This document shows, piece by piece, positions 10,833 to 20,200 of a DNA stretch of 64,000 bases. Numbering within the stretch: position 1 is the stretch's first letter; every line of letters starts with the position of its first letter. The stretch is from Azolla caroliniana (lineage: Eukaryota; Plantae; Polypodiophyta), in assembly GCA_043228905.1 (NCBI GenBank), contig JBHGNT010000001.1:21328001-21392000 (forward strand). Direction: 5' to 3'. A program made the position numbers and the translations under genes. The notes beneath the pieces were generated by a model that did not search any database, had not been told where the DNA came from, and saw nothing but the letters and a program-made list of their open reading frames with translations.

Positions 10833-13312
10833 ATGCGAGGAGGAGAACTCGTTGAAGCGATGGCGGCGGCGGTGGACCGTTTGGTAAATGCCCGAGAAGG
10901 CATCACCGGCCTAGATCGGGCCATAGAGACGGTGTTCAGCACAACGGGTCGGTTCAATGGAAGAGATATCACGAGCTACTTGGATGCCTATAAGGCCGAA
11001 ATGCTTATGCGAAACGTCCCCGAAGATAGGCGGCTAACCGGATTCGTTAGAGTGGTAACGCCGAGTATCCACACGGAGGTACTCGAGATCCAAGCGGACT
11101 GTTGCAATTGGGTGGAGTTCGAAGAAAGACTCCTCGAGAAGTACGGCCTTGATGACTCACTCAGAATTTCGAAAAGGGATCTAATGGAGTGGATTGAGCT
11201 TCCCGACAAGGGGAGAAATACTATGGTACTTTTACAAGAATTTGAGAAGCGCTTCGGGTGACTCTCGACGCTCGATAGGATGGTGCTTGACACAAGCAAG
11301 GTCCTACTATTCATAAAGATTGTTGATGCACGAGACTGAGAGAAGGTGGGGTCCCTCCTTGAAACTGATGATGGGCTCACGACGGATTGGGCTATGGTAA
11401 AACGGGTTTGTAGCCGCTTCGATAAGAGAAGGGAATGGAATGACGGGTCTCCGTTGAGCGACCAAACATCCACAGGCTCCATTAGTGAGACACACGAACC
11501 CAGGGGTGGTAGAATACCTCAAGAAAGAGAGCAAGCAAATGCAAGGTTCATCCCTGAGAGAAACGTGGTTGAAGCACCGTCGGGAGTGTCGGCAATAGAC
11601 GAGCTCACAAAGATGGTGCGAGATCTCCAAATTGTGCAAGCTAGTAGAGAGAATGGCGGCCCTCAAGATCGACATCCCCCGTTCGTGCAAAGATGTATGT
11701 GGTGCGACAACCCCGACCACCTATGAAGGGAGTGTGGAGACTTTCAAGAGGCCCTAAGAAAGGATATTGTCTATCTTTGGAACAATAGGGACTATTCGAC
11801 GGAGACAATGTGCCCCTTGGGATTGAATCAAGGCCGAGGGGGCATGAGAAGGCTAATGGAGGAGGCCGAAGCACGACATGTGGAAGCCGTCCACTACTCG
11901 ACATCAGCTGGGATATGAGTGGGGAAAGAGGTGAGGAGGCAAGAGGAGAAAGAGTTTGACTTTTGGCCGTCAATCATTGGAAGCCTCTCCAAGGGGAAGT
12001 TCAAAAGAGAACAAGCGGACGAAGCGGAAAGAAGGGCCCAAGAAGCAACCGGGTGGAAGGATCCGGTGGAAGAAAAGACAGGCTTAGTGGAAGCCGCTTG
12101 CCAAAACTAAGAAGTAATGGTAGAAGAGAAGAAGGTAGGAAATGACGAGGGAGCCGGTCCATCAAGGAAATACGACGCTCGAGGTGCACGAAGAAGGGAA
12201 GAGCCGAACCAGTCTCAAGCACACAACGAAAGATGGAAATACCAACTTCAAGCTTTGCTCGGAGATCGAACAAGCAACGAACTTGAAGAAGGTAGTGGAG
12301 GAGATGATCCTCGATAGTCGCGTAGAGTTTACTCTGCGAGAGGTCCTCGGAATTGCCAAGAAAGAATTCCACGAGGTCATCATCGACCTAATGAAGAGGA
12401 AGCGGCTCTCAACGGAGCAAGAAGTGGCAAAACCCGCGATTGAAATGCATTGTCAACTGAGGTCCCCGAGGAAGACGAAGACTATGCGGACAGTCACTAC
12501 ACGAGGCCGCATTGGGCGAGAGCGACAACGGAGACACCGGTATGGGTCGGAGATGTAAAAAAGCCGGTGGTAGCATTGATCGACTATGGCTCTGAGATCA
12601 ACCTTATGTCCATGGACTTTTATAAAAAGGGAAAGTGGCCAATCAACACGAAGCACGAGTGGAAGATTAGAGCGGCAACCTGAGCAACCGAGGAGCTATA
12701 TGGGGCTTGCTCGAATGTACGTGTGAAGGTGGGGGATGTAGAAATAGATCAACATTTCTTTGTTCAAGAGACGTCCTCGCATTCGGTCCAATTCCTTACA
12801 GTGAGGCCCAACCATGAGCGCAATCGAGCCTCCCTCAAAGGGGATAGATGAGAGGATTTTTGATTCGGGCTAGTAAAGAGTGGGGCTGCAATAGCCCGAG
12901 GCAAACTAAGACCGTAAACCCCTGTAAAACTATTAAATGTAATAGGAAACAATTTTGGTTCTTCGAAAATGGAGCTTGTAAAATTACTAGTTTAACTGAT
13001 AGAGATAAGTCTAGGGCCAAGAGATACGAAAGGTATCTCAAACAATGTAATTTATTGGGAGAAGATGACACCATAAGCGGCGCCATGGAGGTGGTCTCGT
13101 TCGAAGACACTCTTAAAGAGATGGAGAGGGTAGTCGTTTCGGGCCTCAATGAAGACAAGGTAATTCCAGTCAACTCAGTTGACATGTACACAACCATCGA
13201 AGAGCTTGGGCGGTTGATTGAGGAAGCGAGGATGGTCAAGGTGCAAACAAAGTACAAGACCGTGGACAAGAAGGTGAAGCCTGTGGCTGCCCCATTGCCT
13301 AACGATAGTTGG
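10833..13312 (+). pseudogene. Gypsy C gag-protease and start of pol
   Basis: FNGRDIT gag motif, CMWCDNPDH knuckle, LIDYGSEIN protease, TKYKTVDKKVKPV; interrupted by D. Confidence 0.88.
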
Positions 13313-13686
13313 TGTTGTATGTATGGCTGGACTAGCCGCAACACAGGTGTCTATCCGACACTTCTCCAAAGGGGTGGTAGGGATAGGATGTTAATACACG
13401 CGTATGATAATTACACTTAAGCACAGACGAAGACAAGATGAATCAGCATAAGCAAAACTATATTAATTCTTCGTGCTTTCATTACAAAACATCGGATCCT
13501 TTTTATAGGCATCCGGCCAGATTACAATCGGTGCTCGGTAGGCAACCGTTAACCGAAACCGAATCGGTTCGGATCCGGATCGGTTACAACTACCGGATCC
13601 GTCCCTCCTAATAATTCTATTCCTATTTCTATATTTATCCGATCCGACCTTGCTTTCCCATTTGCCTTCTCTGACCGGCCAACACA

Positions 13687-13726
13687 TGGCACGCCCGTGG
13701 GAAAGTGCATTGCACTTCGAACCCAC
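13687..13726 (-). other. tRNA-3'-end-like motif at the PPT position of Gypsy D
   Basis: Sense strand GTGGGTTCGA[AGTGCAATGCACT]TTCCCACGGGCGTGCCA, then TG, then the LTR; no purine tract. Confidence 0.8.
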
Positions 13727-13734
13727 AGCCGGCT

Positions 13735-16617
13735 TCAGTCTTCCTTCAAATTATCAGGCAAACTCCGCTCCGAGGTTTCAAGTGTTGTTTTGCCTGTGCC
13801 GTCTCCGACGTCCGATTGGATTGGCTGCCTTTTCGCATCTTGCTGCTCCGACTCTGCTTGTACCGGTGGTACCGGTGTTTCTTCTGTATCCTGTCTGGGT
13901 CTGTCCTGCTCCACCTCCGTTCCGTTCCCGGTATCGCTCTCTCCGGTTTCCACTGGTTGTGTCCTTTCCTCCCCGGATTCGGTACTTCTCTGTCTCCACT
14001 CTGCATCATCCCCGGCATCAACCTGCTCTTGCTCCGGAAGTTCTTCCTCGGGTACATTGTTGGTTGGGTCCTCTTCAGCCGGTCGCTCGCCCTCACTAAT
14101 GGAGATCGGCGTTGTGTGTCCCTCGGCTTCCTGTCGCAGTCGGTCCTTCTCGTACCCTTCCAATTCTAGTTGGGTTTCGAGCTGTCCGTCATCCAACCTC
14201 TCTACTAACCCTCGGATTTCCTTGAGATGTTCTTCTGCTAGAGCATAGAAATCCTCCGACAGTTCTTCCCGGATGTTGACGATACTTTCTTCGTCCATTT
14301 TATAGAACCCATCTCCGTTTTTCTTCCGATTTTCTGCATCAGCTCGGAGTATCTGCAGTTCAGCTGCCTGTTGTGCCCATTCCTTCCAGAGTTTCTCCGT
14401 GCTTTCATTTATGCTGGCCTGAGCTCGGGTACTCCAGCTTGACATGATGAACTTAATTCGGTCAACCCCTGCTTTAGCCTGTTCCGAAGCTGCTTGTTTT
14501 TCCTTCCTTATCCGTTTGATGATGTCGGCCATTAACTGAGCTTGAGCTTCAGAGTCGACTTTCTGCTTGTCACAGGTACTCCGCCATTTGTTGATTTCGA
14601 AAGTCAACTTCACTTTTTCCTCGTTCCGGCTCTTTGTCAGTTCCCCTACTTTCTGCCGAAGTACTTCCATCTCCTTTCTTTGTTCCGACGTCAAGGTCTT
14701 CTCCGCCGATACTTCCTCCCTTGCTTTGGACAATTCCAAGCGGTTTTCCTTGAGCTGCTCTTTCAGCTTCTCCATCTGTCGGTCGTACGTTGCTGCCTGA
14801 TTCTTGATGTCCGACGTGGCCTGTTTATAATCTTTACATAGTCGGTCGAATTCCTCCGTCTTCTGTTTTAGGCGTCGGTTCGCCTGATCTCGCAACCGAT
14901 CATCCCGGTCCTTTTGTTGTCGGAGTTCCTCTCGCAACCGCTCGATTTCTTGCTCCATTCGTCGGCGCAGCCTCTCTTTTTCCTTTTGCAGTGTCCCGTT
15001 TTCTTCTTGTAGTCGGTCATTGGTGGCTTTGCTTCGGCGAAGGCCTTCCTCCATTCGCCGTCTGTCGTCTTCTACCAACTTCCGCTGTTCTCTTTCGTTA
15101 TCTCTCAATGCCTCCTGAGCCTGTAATTCTTCTTTCAAAGTTGCTATTAACTTCTCGGTCTTAGGGCCGGTTTGCAAGACCTTCTCCGTTTGTGGTTCGG
15201 CTTGCTTTTCTGATGTCCCGACCGGCTCGGTGCCATCTCGTGCTTGTCGGCTGCCTTCTTTTGCCTGTGCTATCTCTTCTTGCAGCTCATGTAATTGTGC
15301 CCGGAGCATGACCATATCCTTAGTCATCGTCCTAGTCACTTCTTCTCTTTGCTCCTCCTCTTTCTCCATCTGGTCTGCTACTCCCGACAACTGTCCTGAC
15401 AACCACCTTAGCCATTGTGCCTTTGTTCTGCCTTCGTTGGTGTCAGCAGGCGTGCCTAGCTCCGGCTGTTTCTCCGGCCTCTTCTCTTGTTCCGGCGCTT
15501 GTTCCTTCCTTGGTTCTTCGAACTCCGCCGCTGTCGGTTCCGGTACTGCCGTCTTTGGTGCAGACGAACCTTCATCCTGTGTCGCTTCTGTTCCGGTTAC
15601 TGGTTCTTCCGCCCGTTGTTGAGTTCCGACCGCTGTTGGGGTCGGTCTTGTCGCCCGTTTCTCCTTCCCTTGCCTGGGTGGTAGTATTAACATCGGTTCG
15701 GATGACTCTTCCTCTGTTTCGGCGTCCTCCGTCGCTGCGACTATCGGTTCCTTTACTGGTACCGGTTCCGATTCGAGCGTTACTGGTTCGGTGTCGGTTT
15801 GTCTCTTGCTGGTTTTCTTCGCCAGCTTCTCCTTGCCTTTCTCCGCCTTTTTCTTCTTCGTGGTCGGTTGCTGTTGCTGTTTCTGTGGCTGTCGTGATGA
15901 GCCTTCCTCCCGTTGCTGTCGGGAGGAGTCTTCTTCCCTCGGTTGTCGAGATGAGCCTTCTTTCCGCGGCTGTCGGGATGATCCCTCTTCTGGCGGCGCT
16001 TCTTCTTCCTGTGTCCATCCTGGAGTGTGTTTTTCTAAGATTCGTCGGCGTTTCATGGTTTGCTTCGGGGTAGTCTCCTGCCGACTTCTTTGCTTGTGCT
16101 TGATGGGGGACACCGGTGGGACCAACACTGTTAACCATTGGGATATTCCGGACCATGGCTTCTTCCCTTCCACCAAGTGCTTGATCGCCTCTTGCAGTCC
16201 TTCGGTGATGAAGTGGAGCCAGTCCACCTGCAGGCCTTCGAATGTCGCGGCGACGATCGCTGCTCGGTATTTGGCTATGGCTGCCGGACGAGGGTTCACG
16301 AACCCATACTCCATCAGGGCGCGGGCCACCTCTCCGAACAGCAGGTTCTCTCCGCCCTGTGTGCGATACGCCTTGCTGCTAAGGGAGTATTCGCCGAAAT
16401 ACTCGAAGAATATTTGGCTCGAGGGTAGCTCTATCGTCTGAAGTCCTCCCTCCGAAATCCCTGTGAGCGCTTGTACCGCTCCTTCAGTGACCTCTGCTAA
16501 GTCTACCGCTGTTGCCGCCTGCTCTGGTTCCTTGTGTGGTGGAGCATCAGCGACCCGCAACAACCCTCCTAATCCGTTCTCCGTCAGCCATTGTCGCGCT
16601 CCGTCCGACAGTGCCAT
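13735..16617 (-). CDS. Gypsy D ORF2, ~960 aa: conserved N-terminal domain, disordered middle, long coiled coil; function unknown
   Basis: The frame is open to 16854, but the homologs in A and B start at the equivalent of MALSDG (ATG 16617); no transmembrane segment visible. Confidence 0.88.
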   Translation of the reverse strand: MALSDGARQWLTENGLGGLLRVADAPPHKEPEQAATAVDLAEVTEGAVQALTGISEGGLQTIELPSSQIFFEYFGEYSLSSKAYRTQGGENLLFGEVARALMEYGFVNPRPAAIAKYRAAIVAATFEGLQVDWLHFITEGLQEAIKHLVEGKKPWSGISQWLTVLVPPVSPIKHKQRSRQETTPKQTMKRRRILEKHTPGWTQEEEAPPEEGSSRQPRKEGSSRQPREEDSSRQQREEGSSRQPQKQQQQPTTKKKKAEKGKEKLAKKTSKRQTDTEPVTLESEPVPVKEPIVAATEDAETEEESSEPMLILPPRQGKEKRATRPTPTAVGTQQRAEEPVTGTEATQDEGSSAPKTAVPEPTAAEFEEPRKEQAPEQEKRPEKQPELGTPADTNEGRTKAQWLRWLSGQLSGVADQMEKEEEQREEVTRTMTKDMVMLRAQLHELQEEIAQAKEGSRQARDGTEPVGTSEKQAEPQTEKVLQTGPKTEKLIATLKEELQAQEALRDNEREQRKLVEDDRRRMEEGLRRSKATNDRLQEENGTLQKEKERLRRRMEQEIERLREELRQQKDRDDRLRDQANRRLKQKTEEFDRLCKDYKQATSDIKNQAATYDRQMEKLKEQLKENRLELSKAREEVSAEKTLTSEQRKEMEVLRQKVGELTKSRNEEKVKLTFEINKWRSTCDKQKVDSEAQAQLMADIIKRIRKEKQAASEQAKAGVDRIKFIMSSWSTRAQASINESTEKLWKEWAQQAAELQILRADAENRKKNGDGFYKMDEESIVNIREELSEDFYALAEEHLKEIRGLVERLDDGQLETQLELEGYEKDRLRQEAEGHTTPISISEGERPAEEDPTNNVPEEELPEQEQVDAGDDAEWRQRSTESGEERTQPVETGESDTGNGTEVEQDRPRQDTEETPVPPVQAESEQQDAKRQPIQSDVGDGTGKTTLETSERSLPDNLKED

Positions 16618-16750
16618 CGCTTCTTCTTCGTTTGCTGCTGCCTGTGGTCTGAGGTCGGGGTGTAGGTGTTCTGCGCGTCGGATCTTGCTGTTATGAGCCT
16701 GCGTTTGCTTGTGGGAAAATTCGTAAAAAGTGAACCCTTCCCCGGTTCTT

Positions 16751-16761
16751 CCTTTATATAG
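16751..16761 (-). promoter_or_regulatory. Candidate TATA box of an internal ORF2 promoter
   Basis: CTATATAAAGG about 135 nt upstream of the ORF2 ATG. Confidence 0.45.
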
Positions 16762-17130
16762 TGGCGTTTCCCTCGAGCCGCCTTTTCCTGTTTTTCGCGC
16801 GTGCGTATCTTCTGCCATAATTAGCATCTTACTTTTTAATTTCGGCGTCTGCACGTCCTCTGCCTCGAATAGTATGTCCTATTTATGGCGCCTGCGCATG
16901 CTCTGTCATGAATAGCATGTCTGTCCTTTGCTGCCGCGTGTCATGCCTGCGCTTCTTTGGCGCGTGTCGAATCTCCTATGTGTCTGTCATTATGACTCCT
17001 TGATTGCCGCGCGTGTTAAATCTTGTACACCGGCCTCCCACGTTCTGCGCTTTAAATAGCTCGTGCACCCGTGTGACGGTTGTAACTACTTCCTTCATTA
17101 CATTGATTTCTAACCGTAGCACCACGTCAT

Positions 17131-17132
<2 letters not shown>

Positions 17133-17189
<57 letters not shown>

Positions 17190-17190
17190 A
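17133..17190 (-). repeat. T8-A50 homopolymer tract (sense) just after the gag-pol stop
   Basis: 50 T then 8 A on the + strand; A-rich tracts at the same position in B (29223-29260) and A (35087-35096). Confidence 0.9.
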
Positions 17191-17201
17191 TCTGTGCCTC
17201 A

Positions 17202-20200
17202 TCATTGTTCGGTTCCCCCCGATATGTTCGGGTCGGTGTGCACTGTTGTCAGTTCCTCGTCGTTGTTACGCGTCGGTGTCGGTTCCTCGCAATTCGGGTT
17301 TTCCGGGTTTTGCTTGAAGGGGTTAGCTGGCATGTGCCCTTTATACGGTTTTAGGCGAAACCCATTTGCCCATTTACCCACAACTTCTCCTGACAACGTC
17401 CCGAGCTGGTAAGACCCATTGTACTCCTTTGTGATCCAGAATGGTCCGGTCCACCGAAATCGCAATTTCCCCGGCATGTTCCCCATCCGTGTCTGGAACA
17501 GCAATACTGGTTTCCCGACTTCGAATTCCTTTTCGTTACCGCGCCGAATTTGGAATTCTACTGGCATGACTGCTTCCAAGCCGAATGCCAGTCGGAACGG
17601 GGTCGTCCGGATGCTAGTCTTGTACGCCGTTCGGTACGCCCACAGCACGCTCTGCAACTTCGTGTCCCAGTCGGTCCGGTTCTCATTGACGATTTTTCTA
17701 AGGATGTTCTGTAGCGTTTTGTTTGTTGATTCCGCTAATCCGTTGGCTTGAGGGTAGTAGGGAGTGCTTCGTTTGTGTACTACCGCATAGAATGACGTCA
17801 AACTTTCCACCACCTGTCCGAGGAAATGTCCTCCCTGGTCACTGATCAGCTCAATCGGGCATCCGTACCGACACCATATGCATTCATATAAAAATTTGGC
17901 CGTGGATGCCGCCGTGTTGTCCCGTAGTGCCTTTGCTTCTACCCATTTGGTGCAGTAGTCGGTAGCCACTATTATATACCGATTTCCGGTCCGCATTGCC
18001 GGTGGCTTAAAGGGGCCGACAAAGTCCAAGCCCCACTTTTGGAATGGTTCTAATGGCAAGACCGGGTGATGTGGCATCCGGGCCTGCTCCGTGGGTTGGC
18101 CCAGTCGTTGACAGAGGTCGCATTCCCTGCTATACTTAACGGCATCTCTCATGGTAGTAGGCCACCATAGTCCGCTCTGCCATATCTTCCGGGCTGTTGT
18201 TTCGCCGGCATAATGCCCGCCTGCAATTCCACAGTGGGCTTCCCTCAGGATCAGATCCTTTTCGTCGCTCCGCACTGCTCGTCTCCATACGCCATCTGCC
18301 CCCTTGTGATAGAGGGTGTCTCCTACCAAGCAGAAATGTCTGCTCCGTACTGCCATCCTCTTCCGTTCGTCTCGATCCAAGTTTTCCGGGGGAACTCCGG
18401 TGCTCAGGAACTGATGCATTTCGGTTAACCATTTGTCTTCGTCCGCTACTGTGGTCTCCGTTGCCGGTGCCGTCGTGACCTTAAACAGCTCGGCGTCGGG
18501 AAATTCATCCTGTACGCCGTCCCCTGATTCTCCGGATTCTAGTCTGCTCAGGTAGTCTGCTACCGCATGCTGCACCCCGGGTCGGTGGAAAATGTCGAAT
18601 TCGAATTCCTGTAATAGCAGCGTCCACCGTGCGAGTTTTCCTGTCAGGGCTGCCTTTGAGACCAGGTAGAGTAGTGCCGAGTGGTCAACGTGGAAGGAGA
18701 ACTTTCGTCCGAGCAGATAGTGCCTGTACTTTGTGACGCTGTACACCATTCCTAATGCCTCTCGTTCCGTTGTAGAGTAGTTCCGTTCGGCTTTCGAGAG
18801 TTTCCTGCTTGCGTAGTACACCGGCCGATACCATTTCGGTTCTGTGAGTTGCATCAGAACGCTGCCGATTGCTACGTCCGACGCGTCGACGAAGACGTGA
18901 AAACTTTTACTCCAGTCCGGCGGCTGCACCACCGGAGCTTGCGACAGCATGACCTTCAATGCTTGGTAGGCTGCCTCCTCCGTTTCTGTCCACTGGAAAG
19001 GTACTCTATGTACAGCAGCGTGCAATGGTGTCGCAAAGTCGGCAAGGTGCCGTATCATCCGACTATGCCACCTTATTTGACCAAGGAATCGGCTTAAAGC
19101 CTTTGCGCTATTCGGTGCCGGTGCGTCGAGAATTGCTTTTACCTTATCCGGATCTACCGCGATTCCTTCTCGACTCACCACGTGGCCTAACAAATTGCCA
19201 CTTGCGACTCCGAAGACGCACTTAGCCGGGTTCAGACTTAATCGGTACTCGCGGCACTTTTCTAAGCATATTCGTAGGTGATCGAAATGCTCTCCGTGTC
19301 GGCTGTAGACGGCGAAATCGTCTAAGAAGACCTGCATAAAACCGGGAATAAAATCACCGAAGATTTCCATAATTATCCTTTGAAATGTTGCAGGGGCTGT
19401 CTTTAATCCGAACATCATCACGACCGCGACGAACACTCCCCATTCCGTCACGAACGCTGTTTTTTCTTGGTCGGCCGGGTTCATTCGGATTTGGTTGTAG
19501 CCGCTGAATCCGTCCAGGAAGCTGTAAACTTCGTGGCCGGCCACCGCATCTAGCACTCCGTCCGTGAATGGTAGTGGAAAAGCGTCGGTCACTGTCGCGG
19601 CATTTAGTTTCCTGTAGTCCACACATACCCGGATTTTGCCGTTCTTTTTCGGGACCACCACTATCGGGCTTAGCCAGGTTGCCTGCTTGACTGGTCGGAT
19701 AAATCCGACCCGGAGAAGCTTGTCTATTTCCTCCTTCACCTTTGCCGCATAGTTTGGATTCATCCGGTACCGACGTTGAGCGATGGGTTTCGCGTCAGTA
19801 CTTAGATGAATTTGGTGCTGGTAGAGTTGGGGGTCCAACCCTCGCATGTCTTCGTATGACCATGCGAACACGTCCTTGAATTCCGTTAACAGTGCTACCA
19901 TTGCCTGTTTTTCCTCCTTTGGCAATTCCTTCGCGACTTTTACCGGTCGGGGTTGTTCTGTTGTGCCGAGGTCCACCTCTTCCAGCTGGGATGCTTTCAC
20001 CCTTTGGGATATCGTCATTTCTCTTTCTAGGGCTTCCTGTGCTTGGCGTAGTTCCCGGATCGCCACTTTGTCCGGCTCGTCCGGCATTGTGATGTACGGC
20101 TCTACTGCTGCCGTGATATCCACCTCAAAAAGTGGAACGATCTGTGGGTGTTCCTCGAGGTACCGATCAATTTCCTCATCCGGTAAGCCCTCCAACATGT

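Noticed and set aside
13545-13600. B-box in the D LTR (GGTTCGGATCC)
   Set aside because: Lacks the invariant A and a partner A-box; part of a CCGGA/ACCGA-rich palindromic patch
13735-16854. ORF2 as an envelope glycoprotein, or starting at 16854
   Set aside because: No signal peptide or transmembrane stretch; homologs in A and B begin at the MALSDG-equivalent ATG
17133-17182. Poly(T) as the tail of an inserted SINE/LINE
   Set aside because: No TSD or element body; A tracts occur at the same position in A and B, so it is intrinsic
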